Positions 25,501 to 35,945 of a stretch of 36,139 bases of DNA are shown here, one piece after another (position 1 is the first letter of the stretch; each line of letters opens with the position of its first letter). Source of the stretch: Paraglomus brasilianum (lineage: Eukaryota). Location: positions 1-36,139 of the forward strand of contig CAJVPI010000303.1 in the NCBI GenBank assembly GCA_910592345.1, in the 5' to 3' direction. Below the pieces are notes generated by a model that worked only from the letters and a program-made list of their open reading frames with translations, was not told the DNA's origin and searched no databases. Both the position numbers and the translations under genes were made by a program.

Positions 25501-25776
25501 GATGATGGCACTATTCAGATATTTCATGGAATGGTGTATAACGATTTATTGCAGAACCCATTGATTGTACCAGTGAAGATATTAAAGGGAGGACATAATA
25601 TTGTTAATAGTTTAGGTAAGTGAACTTGTATTCTGATATTTATGCAATTCGCTGAGTATACATCAAATTATTGAGCTATTGTTATGCTAGGTGTATTGCA
25701 TTGTGAATTTCATCCTTCGCATCCTTGGATTGTGTCTTCCGGTGCAGATCACAAAATAAACCTATGGACTTGCTAA
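22599..25776 (+). CDS. ERB1: Ribosome biogenesis protein Erb1/BOP1 (BOP1NT + WD40), multi-exon
   Basis: [103 protein letters not shown]. All introns GT-AG; stop TAA at 25774-25776. The first acceptor is ambiguous (22846 or 22861). Confidence 0.95.
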
Positions 25777-27008
25777 GTATTTTTTGCGAAAAATGCAAGA
25801 TTAGTGAGTAATTTAATAAATAGACGACTGTACAATACATCGAGTATCGACAACTTCAACAAAAGTGACATTTGATCTATGCAATGAGTCGTGGCTAAGT
25901 AGAAGCATAAGCTTTTTCAAATCGAAATGTTGTTGGATTACTCAAAAAGTTCTGTACGTAGGGAGTCTGCGAAAATTTACTGGCACAATGAGTACCATGA
26001 TGGATAAGTCGGTTTCGCGCCAACACGGCAGAAGTCTACGACCTTGTTATCATTTATTAAAATTCGACAAGTCAGCGGATCTATATACGCCATGACTAGT
26101 CGACAAGGACAGGATTGATTGATAATACAATTTATTGTCTTCAAATAACTGGAAAAAGATGAAATGTTAATTGAAACAATACAATGTTAGAACCGTTGCA
26201 GTTGAAGATTATATTAACGTTGAGGAATCTGACGTAATTGACGACTATGCATTTTCGAAAAGAAAGAGACCGAAATATTTACACCAACAGGAGAACTTGA
26301 GTACAATGTTCCATAAGACATTACTCTGCTTACCTTTAAGGACAAATTTAATATAATCACTAGGAAACTTTGATATAGAGTTGTCATGACAATAGTGTGC
26401 AGAATATATATTTTTTCTTAATTACACGCAAGTATGATATAGCTTGTATCATAAATTGCGAGAATAAAGTTGAGACACAATGTAATCATGCGAAAGAATA
26501 TTGATATAAAAAAGATCCCAGCCATTCTATTAAAGTTGTAATAAAATACTTTAGAACAACACATTATTTGATGAATATTGCAAGCTATGTACTGAAGATT
26601 GTTTCATTGCATGCACTATATATTAATATTAGATGAATCATGTACTGCTAATCTGTTGCCCGTTGAGCAAATAATAATATTAAAATACTATGATCGATAG
26701 TGAAAATAATTAAATTTATCGTCTACGATTTTGAACGAGTATAATAATAAGGAATTCCTTAATTAGACGCGTCGGAATTCATCGCCCTTTTATAATTAAT
26801 ACACTTTTCGACCAAGAATTATTATTAGTTGTTGTTCTAATATACTAGTTCTATTCTTGTGCGTCGTTGTTGTACGGAAATGTCTATTACTATTGCCACT
26901 TACGGCAGTTAGATTAATATCTAGCTGCAGTTGCAATTCTGTTTTTCCAATAAATCAGTCAGATGCGAAAGCATCCTCATTTCATGAGAAAGTTTGAGAA
27001 ATCATTAT

Positions 27009-27870
27009 CTATGCTTTTATCGTTACTATTTGAATTGAATTTTGATATTTATTTATATAACAATAGAGACGATAAGTTTTTGTATTGACATAATCACCAC
27101 TACCCCCAAAACCCTCTATATAATTTCTTATATTTTCTTTTTTATGATCTTTATCACATAAATGGCAGGGGCCCCCGGCTGAAATTTCAGGAGTCGAAGA
27201 CTTGTCTTTTTGCATCATGTGATGCGATTCCTGCTCGGTGAAACTATCTATTATTTCTTGAATTTTATCATTAGTTAACTCCGAAATAGAATTCGCACTA
27301 TAATAATATCGAAGTTGAAGGAACCGATACATCTTCTGATGAAGTATTGTTCAAGTTTTGTTCCCGGAACTTCGGTCGGCCTCACTAGCTTTTCGTCTTT
27401 ACCATATTTGGTAATACAAAATTTTCAGTTACCAAAATAGTCAGGGGCGATGGACTTAGTGAAGGGGTCTTACCCTTCGGAAGGGGTGATACCATATATG
27501 GAAAATTAGCCGTTTTAGGACTACTTGTGTAATCAATATATGATACAATCTCGCATTAGTGACATGTGAATAGCTTTAATAGTTATAATATCAACATTAA
27601 CATCAGATCGCATCTTATCTGCGCCCATCCTAAGTAATGCCTTATTTGACAATAGCTAGTGAGCACCCATCATTCCAAAAATTTCCGATTTCCAAATCTG
27701 TTAGGGGCGATGAGCTAGTGAGGCCGACCTTCTTTTCCCTAATTCTCTCCATTATCTCTTTACTAACCGTTTCCTTATATGTTGAATCCAGGAATTCATC
27801 TACCTCCTTTTCATCCAATGATTCTTGACATATATCAGAATTTGAAGCATTATCGGATATTATACATCTG
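27009..27870 (-). pseudogene. Decayed member of a multicopy Glomeromycotina-type hypothetical ORF family, interrupted by a MITE
   Basis: DNASNSDICQESLDEKEVDEFLDSTYKETVSKEIMERIREK-[insertion]-KFREQNL; the downstream fragment carries CHLCDKDH; frameshifts present. Confidence 0.55.
27374..27729. mobile_element. 356-bp non-autonomous TIR element (MITE) with 3-bp TSD
   Basis: Perfect 17-bp TIRs GGTCGGCCTCACTAGCT (27374-27390) and AGCTAGTGAGGCCGACC (27713-27729); TTC on both flanks (27371-27373, 27730-27732); excision restores the host reading frame. Confidence 0.88.
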
Positions 27871-28493
27871 GTAGACATCCAAAGCATAATTTTATCTTGA
27901 TCAAAAATGTACAACACAAAAATGGTTATCGATTACCTCATATATGTATATCTGATCATTCCCCAAGAGAATGGTTTTGTAATGTGACCACTTATCTTAC
28001 CTTATATATCAGAAGCACTTATTATTATATGAAGTTTCATCTAGCAGATATGTAAATCGGCACCTGGATCCGCCCACCGCGACCCAAAAACCCTCTTTGA
28101 TAAGTGTCTGGTTATCTAAATCTTATCATCCAAAATCGCACGAAAACCCCTTCATATGATCCAGGTATCGGAATATTAATTTTTTATTTGAATTTTTTCT
28201 CTTATTTATTGTAAGAGGCGACAAAAATCCCTTTACCCGGATATATAACTAGATTGTATTATCTTGAACAACAGTTACGCATATTCAATGAGGGCCAAAG
28301 AGCGGGTTTTAATTCTTTTTTGTATGGAGTGGTAGGAACCTTCATTTTAGCCTCAAAATTTCGTTTATATTCCAAGAAAGCGACCTCATTCATACTCTCG
28401 CGCTCTTTTTTCTTTTTTTCTCTCAAGTTCGAAAAAAAGTGATACTCCAAGGTATAATTAACTAAAATATTCAAGTTAAATTCTAATATTCGG

Positions 28494-29214
28494 TTACCTA
28501 GCCCACGCATCCCGCAACTGATCACTTTTCCTCTCCAATCCCCATGTACGTCTTAATATAACGAACCACATAACGGCAATAATTAACAGAGTAAGAAAAA
28601 TATATGCTGATAGAGGTGACATCAAAGTACTTGCCATAACAGGGGATTGCTCCTATCCCTCCTATCGGAGGAATCAGAGATTCGGCACTATGTGCCATGT
28701 GGAAATTCGATTCAATCAATGAGGACATATTGTGGCTCTGCTATTATTTTCCCGTTGTGCAAGGTATGGAGTCACATTCGGTATTTCTTGGAGTATATTG
28801 TTGTTAGTTTTACTAATATCGATTTCGTCACTTACCTTGGGAATAATCTCGGTATCTACTTTTGGAGATGAGGTATAGCCTCGAATTACTGATTCCTCGG
28901 GTATAGGAGTTCTTTCATTATCAGTGTTATCCGGTATAATATTATCGATTTTTCCGGCTTGATTTATATTTTTTTATGTATAAATATTGACTGAGATTTC
29001 TATCTGCAGAAATATTATTGCTTTGCAATGGGGTTTCACCCCTGCTAGAATTCGATATAAAACTTTGTTCCCTGCTCTGCATATTTTTTTCGTCATTTCC
29101 ACCAACCACGGGTATTGATATAGCCTCCGATTTCAGATTCTCAAGCTCACTAACCGTTGAAGCTAACTCTTGTTCTAATTCAGCTATTTTGGATTTGAGG
29201 GATAAATTCTCAGA
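28494..29214 (-). pseudogene. C-terminal part of a coiled-coil protein with a C-terminal transmembrane helix (frameshifted)
   Basis: Begins abruptly SENLSLKSKIAELEQELASTVSELENLKSE; frameshift near 28950-28975; ends MSPLSAYIFLTLLIIAVMWFVILRRTWGLERKSDQLRDAWAR*. Confidence 0.6.
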
Positions 29215-30205
29215 TTTGCGAAGTACATATCGAGAATTAACTTACATACGACGACTAAACAATATAAAATTTTCGTTCAGCAAGATTTCTGCCGTTGTAA
29301 CGAGATGTCGTTATATAGTAATAGCAGCGTGACCAAATTTGTAAAAGTATTGTCACGTGACATAACGGAGCAAGCTCTGGTTATAACTAATAACAAACTC
29401 TGGTTATAACGAACAGCAACGACGATTTATATATCTATTACCGTGTCAAAAGAAATGACTTTAGCATAGATTGTTCCTTAGTATTAAAATAAGAACTTAC
29501 AAAATCAAATAATAATAAGGAAGAAACAAATTAATTTAATGAAACAAACTACTCTACACTCACCGGACAAAAGTATCGAATCAGCTCGACAATCAGTAAA
29601 ACATATGAAAAATTTAAATTTTCGAACATCTGTATTGGCATTATTTACTAAGCAAACAACCAGAATTTTTATATTGTTATGAAGCTAATTGACTGTAGTA
29701 TTCGAACAAAATACTCATAAATTTAAACAAGTTGTTATAGTGGAGCTATTATCTGCCAAATTATCACATTTATTTAGTCGCATAATAACGGTGAAGTAAT
29801 TATTGATTACATTTTTTTCTTGACATAGTCAGAGACACAGTGATGCTAGTAGAACTAATATGGAAGTTCACTATATAATTCATATATACTTTCAATCTCC
29901 TTGTTCCAATTAATAGTATCTGAAGACTTGTTTAATGAATTTTCTCTTTGCTGGATACGATCAGGTTGACCCATTTCATTATTATACCAAATTTTATAAA
30001 TTCGGCGAGTTGAAGTATTATATTTATTAGCCATTGTTTTGGCCGCATTTTTAACTGTACCTCGGGATTTTATGATCTCCTCAAGTGCTTCCGGAGATAA
30101 ATAAGTAGCATCTGCACGATAGTATTTTTACTAATATATTCCATTCTATTACCGAAACTTTTCAAAAGGATTTTAGGCTTTAATATCTATTTTTTATTGT
30201 TTAAT

Positions 30206-30675
30206 ATGGCTAATGTACATACACTACGAGATATTAGCTCTAATAAAGGTTATCGTCTTGGTAGTATGCGTGAGCAAGAGCTCGAAGAAACTTTACACCG
30301 CAGTTTAAAGTCCATATCCGAGCTAAATGATTGTAATGAGGCATTGCAATCTAAATACTTGAAACGAATGAAGGCTTTTAATCGAGAGAAAAAGAGGTGG
30401 AATCAGGATTCATTACGAAATAATACTGAGATCCAAAAGTTACGCACCCACGCCTTGCAGGTCATTAATGAGCATAAGCAACTACAAAATGAAAATACTA
30501 ATCTTATTTCTCATAACGCACAAAAGGATATTTTTATTGCTGAATCCAAAGCTGAGATGTTACAAAATCCAAGAAAATCAAATTACTCAAGTCTATGATC
30601 AAGATATTGGAAAGTAAGTTGTCTTCAGCCCAGAAAGGTGTGATTTCGATTCAAAACGACTTATCGAAAAAAGAG
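30206..30675 (+). pseudogene. N-terminal part of an intronless coiled-coil protein (1-nt frameshift at ~30556)
   Basis: MANVHTLRDISSNKGYRLGSMREQELEE...AESKAE; adding one A gives NVTKSKKIKLLKSMIKILESKLSSAQKGVISIQNDLSKKE, after which the coiled-coil character stops abruptly. Confidence 0.65.
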
Positions 30676-31099
30676 GCACAAGGACATTCTCGATATAGTG
30701 ACCATTTGGATTGGAACCGAGCGTGTCGTTATATCGAGACCCACTTGTATACACTTTGCTTATTTACTAAATCTAACAATAAAAACATTCAAGATCGAAA
30801 ATAGAATAAAAACTTTATCAACTGCTTGTACATAATGAAACTACTCAATATCAACAATTTTATCCTCAAAATAGTGGGTTGTTTAAATAATTAATCCAAT
30901 TCGTCTATTTAAGTTTCTCAGGACTCTTACTTCCTCATTTAACCTTACCAAATTGTTAACTTGGTAAGATTGACGCCAGGACTATACAACAAGATTTCAT
31001 CAATAATTTTACGCCAATAGTCTGCCTTTTTGATTTTCTAAAGCAATAACTTCTGCATAATATTACACGTGATCTTTTATGCTTCGTGTTATAGGAAAG

Positions 31100-31229
31100 G
31101 TAGTTCGGATTCGTTATAAACAGATTTATTAGTAAAAGTTCGTTATAACCAGATTTATTAATTAGAAAAAATCGGGTCTGGCAATTCTGGTTCGTTATAT
31201 CCAAAGTTCGGTATAAGCAGCGCCAACTG
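31100..31229. mobile_element. Right end of a pogo-like DNA transposon relic
   Basis: TTCGTTATA-type motif about four times, ending CCAACTG; same design as 17261-17391. Confidence 0.5.
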
Positions 31230-31481
31230 TGAAAAAAGGGTTGACTTGTATTACTATTACTATATTATGAAAAAGAATTTTTTACTAATTCCATCCAGAG
31301 AATTGATTTATTTTTATTTAGTATTGGATGTGGCAGGTAAGGAAGGCTGTGCAAATGTTTGATACAATTATATGATACATAGAACCATCAGTTTAAATGA
31401 CTAGTCACTCAACATAAAGGCATAAGTATCAATACTAATAATAAACTTGGTATTAATACACACTATTGCCGCCATTCCTTG

Positions 31482-32306
31482 TCAATCATGATCTATTGCT
31501 ATTACATTTCTATCCACAGCAATCAGTACTTTAACATTGGTCAAATTTCCGATACTCATACTTATTTCTCTAACTTTCTTAGTATTAATATCCAATTCAA
31601 GTAATTGATCCTTGGCCCAAATTCCTCCTCTACAGAACACATAAACTTTAGTGTCAATAACAGTAGCACTCTTTGTATGAGACCAATTAATCTTTCTTTC
31701 TTCACTTCCTTCATCAAAGAACTGTGTATAATGACCCGTCTCAACATCTACTTCCCACAAACCATAACAAAAAGCATACAATTTTCCCTCAACTTCAACT
31801 AATGCATGACAATTACTCCAGTTGTCACTTCCTCCTCCTAGTTTAGTGACTTCATTAGCCACAGTATCAATACACCAGAGGTTATTAGCTGACGTGGTGG
31901 CAAAGATTTTCATCCCGACTGATGTAGCAGCATTGACTTTTGTCCAAACGTCAGTAAATCCACCAAGAAAATCGGTACATTGACCAGTGCTAGGGTCATC
32001 AACTAACCATAGCTTATGGCAGAATGCGAATAGAGGATGTCCTTCTACGCTGTTGGGAACAGCCACGAGAGCATTACATGTGCCCCATCCATTCCAACTT
32101 ACGTTATGAGATTCCATAGCAGCAAGATCGATTTCCCAGAGATTGTTAAAAGATGTGGTAACGTAAGCTTTCCGGGTCGAAGGAATTATAGCGGCTGCCG
32201 TAGCACTAGTCCAATCACCTAAATCAAGCGGTATGGTTGCTCCGGATAATGGATTTATAACATACACGTATCTTCCGATAGCGAGAAGGTAGGCGTCTGG
32301 CAACAT
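31482..32306 (-). CDS. Intronless 274-aa Trp-rich repeat protein, predicted 6-bladed beta-propeller (tachylectin/tectonin-like lectin fold)
   Basis: Clean ATG-to-TGA ORF with ~43-48-aa repeats W-x4-A...K(L/A/I)Y...LW-x-(V/I)D-x3-G; no obvious signal peptide. Confidence 0.75.
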   Translation of the reverse strand: MLPDAYLLAIGRYVYVINPLSGATIPLDLGDWTSATAAAIIPSTRKAYVTTSFNNLWEIDLAAMESHNVSWNGWGTCNALVAVPNSVEGHPLFAFCHKLWLVDDPSTGQCTDFLGGFTDVWTKVNAATSVGMKIFATTSANNLWCIDTVANEVTKLGGGSDNWSNCHALVEVEGKLYAFCYGLWEVDVETGHYTQFFDEGSEERKINWSHTKSATVIDTKVYVFCRGGIWAKDQLLELDINTKKVREISMSIGNLTNVKVLIAVDRNVIAIDHD

Positions 32307-32970
32307 TATATGGCGACAGTACGAACTTCAGGCAGAATACGAGTTCTTTTGATGATATGAAATAGGATAGAATTGCGGCTCACTAGAGAGAGCGTTTGTT
32401 AATAATGCGGCGAAGTGGTTGGTAACTCTATAGGAGATGAGTTCTGTCCAATGGCCCATGGACACCTACAATGAGAGTTGCGCTAACCATAGTTTCATCT
32501 CGTATGAAGGAAATCATGTACAATTTAGGGTGGCACCCCAACTTTACTGCGCCAAAAGTTGCGTAATAGTAATCACACTAAGCACTTCTACCGCACAAAT
32601 CTAGTTTCCGCATATAGAAGGTGAATTGGTCAAAGAACATGCGCATCATCGTTATCAATTCCAATAAATGTAGTTCTTGATAATAGTAATCTAATTGCTA
32701 ATCGAGAGTCTTTTTGTTAGTGTGAATAGTGTTATACTTCACTGCACTAATTTCAGATGCTCATATGCGGCACTAGTGAATAGGAAATAAGTAATAACTT
32801 AGTTTAGCGTAGGATATCAATTCTAGTCTAAAAGCCGAGCGGCACTAACTAGTCAACGATTTTATCACCCACTCAAATTAAAAGTAATCGTGTGACAGGT
32901 TTAGTGACGTCCACTAAAAATCTTATTTTGTGGCGTTACTCAGATCAAGTATGTAATTTATTAACGAGAG

Positions 32971-33509
32971 ATGAGTTTGAAGGTTAAACTATCATTCAGG
33001 TAAAATATGAAAGGGTTATATATATTTAAATTTTCAGCTTAATCATATTTATCTAAATTGTGCAGTGGAGGAATGGAATTACTATTTAATAATAATAAAT
33101 CAGCCGAAGTTAAAATACCAGCTTCCATTAACCCACCCAATCCAACAAATATGCAGGACTTGGTAATTTATAGTGCAATGTTCTATTTGCTTTGCTATCA
33201 ATAGACGCTGAATTTCATTGCATACCTTAGATTTTTTGGATACGAGATAATCTACTCAAAGAACGGCCAGGATTATTCATAAGTGAAAACACAGTGTATG
33301 TAAATTCCTCATATAAAGGGAACACCCGTTTAATGGTTGCTCACCTGTTGTACATTACGTCCTGATTCACTCTTACACCATTACTTATCAGACGACCAGG
33401 TATTTTGGTATTAATCAATGAGACAGACTGGGAATTGGAAGGTGAACTAGATTATGAGATCAAAGATGGCGATGATATCGTGTTTATTTCTACTTTGCAT
33501 GGGGGCTAG
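32971..33509 (+). CDS. URM1: Ubiquitin-related modifier 1, sulfur carrier for tRNA U34 2-thiolation, 102 aa, 4 exons
   Basis: Missing from the ORF track. Exons 32971-32999, 33066-33162, 33231-33295, 33392-33509 give FSGGMELLF...[22 protein letters not shown]...FISTLHGG*. Confidence 0.97.
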
Positions 33510-33591
33510 ATAGCACATTGACAATACAAATATACGCATTAGGCACAAGAGCGTTCTCTGTTCATTCAATGCTCATCTTTATACCCACAAT

Positions 33592-34956
33592 CTATCGAGC
33601 AAAGTTAGTATTGAGATAGTCAACAAATAATTCAGCCACTCGATTCATGTCAAGTATCGTATGCAGCTTGTTAATGTTTGTAAACTGTCGTCTGAGACGC
33701 CGCAGCTCGGAGAGTGTCACCATTCGGGACGGAAGACTGACGTATCTTATAATAGTTAAGAATGATAATTTTCGATATAGTTATCAATAGTGACTATGCT
33801 TCACACACTCGAATGCAAGGTAAAATGATGACTGGTGCGAGGAGAAAGGATATCTGTTGATTTACTCCTGCAATTTTCACATTGCCACCGCCAATATTAT
33901 GTTTCTGTGCTTCCAATACTGCATCGACTATCTCTTGTGTCGTCTTCTCTAGCTCGTACAAGTAACTGGTTTCACTCGCTGGTTTCTACGTGAATGTACG
34001 CGATGTATTATCAAGTCAATAGTCCTTAAGAACATACCGACTTATGATACGTACCACTACAGTTGATTGATTGGGTGGCTTTGGCAATCGTACGATTACA
34101 GCATCCCAGATAGCGTCACATGAAACACTCGTGTCATCAGAGAGAACAGTGAAAAGTGGCGAATCCCATCGATTACGATCGTCTGGTTCTTCAAATCGAC
34201 TGACTAGTTCGTTAAAACTTGTCAACACCATTAATTATGTTAATCAAAGTCGGGAATGTTGGATATCTGAAAACTGTAAAACACTCGCTCGCCTAATCAA
34301 TGGCCCTTATTCCGCGTGATTGGACCTTACATGCACATCGATTGCATAGCTGATACATACACTGTTGAGCCATATCCTTCCGCTCCTCTCTTTGTATTCC
34401 ATTCTCTTGCTGTATCTATCGATACTCCACAATATACCTACAAAAGCATCATTCCCAATTGTGCTTGATTACATCCATTGTATGAGAACGATAAGGTCAT
34501 TGACTAATTCTCCGATTTTCATCCGTCATTTCTCATCCAACTTTCTATAGTGCTATTTACCACACAATGAGGCGTTCCAACAGCACGTGCAACACAATAA
34601 AGTTGATATCTGAATCCTTTGATATAGTTCATTCCATCTGCTATTATTAAATCATCTTTCGACAAGAGACGCTCAACCGCAGATAACATCGCTCCTCGAG
34701 AATGTTTCTCGTCCACCCTTGTATCTATTCAGCAAGTAATGGTTATATTTACTAGCCACACTTTAGACCTTGTGAATTATATTACTGACATACCTTGATA
34801 ACTGTCTTTCGATATTCCCAGACTTTCATCATTAATCAAATGAACCCGATTGGTCCGTCTCTCTCTGTTAAATCGGTCATTGAAGTAGTTTAGTATTTCT
34901 TTCGCGCGTGTCGTTTTACCACTGGAAGGTAAACCGGAGATAACGATTAGAGGCAT
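33592..34956 (-). CDS. KTI12: Kti12, Elongator-associated tRNA-dependent ATPase, 282 aa, 6 exons
   Basis: Exons 34956-34794, 34724-34561, 34437-34361, 34217-34055, 33985-33854, 33741-33592 (849 nt). MPLIVISGLPSSGKTTRA, DGMNYIKGFRYQLYC, RFEEPDDRNRWDSPLF, TLSELRRLRRQF. Confidence 0.95.
33742..33853 (-). other. U12-type AT-AC intron in KTI12
   Basis: Donor CAG|ATATCCTTTC, branch TTCTTAAC at 33762-33755, acceptor TAC|GTC; 112 nt, phase 0. Confidence 0.92.
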
Positions 34957-35884
34957 TATGGATGGGGATATATATAGCGCCACAGGCAATGTTCAAGGGT
35001 CAAATTCCTTATTTTATCGATGATTGGGTGAGCGCTTGAGCCACAAAAATTATAGCAATACGGTGGCAACTAACATTTGCTCCGCGTTCGATCTCAATCA
35101 AACTGGGCTCTGTTAGTCTATCGACAATAAACGAGCTTTGTATTGAATAAGCCATAATAGCTGAGCTGCGGCTCGCAGCGCGCTGGTCATTTCTGCGAAC
35201 GGGGCTGCAAAAATGTAGTATATAATGACTATGTTTGATGGCAAGGTTTGTGTATAGAGCAAGATATGATACTGACTGATTGAAGCATGATTGATGCTGT
35301 AGTGTAGATTTAATTGAGCGCTCTAGTAAGAATTGGGAAAGATTGAAGAGTATAATTCCAATAAGATAATGATCTAACTTGAACGTTATGTTAGAAACAA
35401 AATCGTTACCAAAAATCGGAGACAAACCATAGATTACTTCAACAGAGTGGGGAATTCACACAATGTACGAAATTGACAAAAAACTTAAAAAGTGTACGAT
35501 AAACTTCAACCGTAAATTCTCTACGTTAAAATTGCTAGGAAATAATAGTCATGGGACTTACCCAACTTGTAGTTGATAATTAGTAGAAAGCAAGTTGCAC
35601 ATTCTCACTGTGACCTTCATGATGGTAACATAGTTTGGATATAGTAATGGTACTTTTATACAGGATAAGTAAATCTTTCATTTATTGTTAAGCTATCATG
35701 ATTGCTTTGTCTTTCTTATAAATAAGGTATTCTTTGTTGAGCCACTTTCTTGTAGTCATGAAGTTTAGCAGCAAGGAGGCGGCAAACTTTTGTAAATTTG
35801 TCATTCATTGGCCAATTATAAGCAACAATCTCCCAAAACCGACAATGCTTTTTACTATTTTATATCAATATCAGTTTTACGCGG

Positions 35885-35945
35885 AAATCCGATATCTTGG
35901 AAAACCGATAGAAACAGCAGCATCGGTTTTCGAGGCTTGACTGTA
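35885..35945. mobile_element. Solo right end of a pogo-like element
   Basis: Ends ...CGAGGCTTGACTG followed by TA (reverse complement TA CAGTCAAGCCTCG); contains AACCGATA and ATCGGTTTT motifs like those at 86-198. Confidence 0.4.

Noticed and set aside
25865..26356. Short + strand ORFs after ERB1 with a faint resemblance to a hAT C-terminus
   Set aside because: No diagnostic dimerisation motif (W-W...P-x-L...S-ER-x-FS) found.
29376..31229. Intact transposon bounded by the 16-bp inverted match at 29399-29414 and 31138-31153
   Set aside because: No CAGT terminus or TSD on the left and no transposase inside; the orientation is better explained by the proposed inversion.
35009..35425. 138-aa - strand ORF and GCTGCG-GCT-CGCAGC hairpin near 35165-35179
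   Set aside because: No recognisable domain; a single 6-bp stem is not enough to call an ncRNA.
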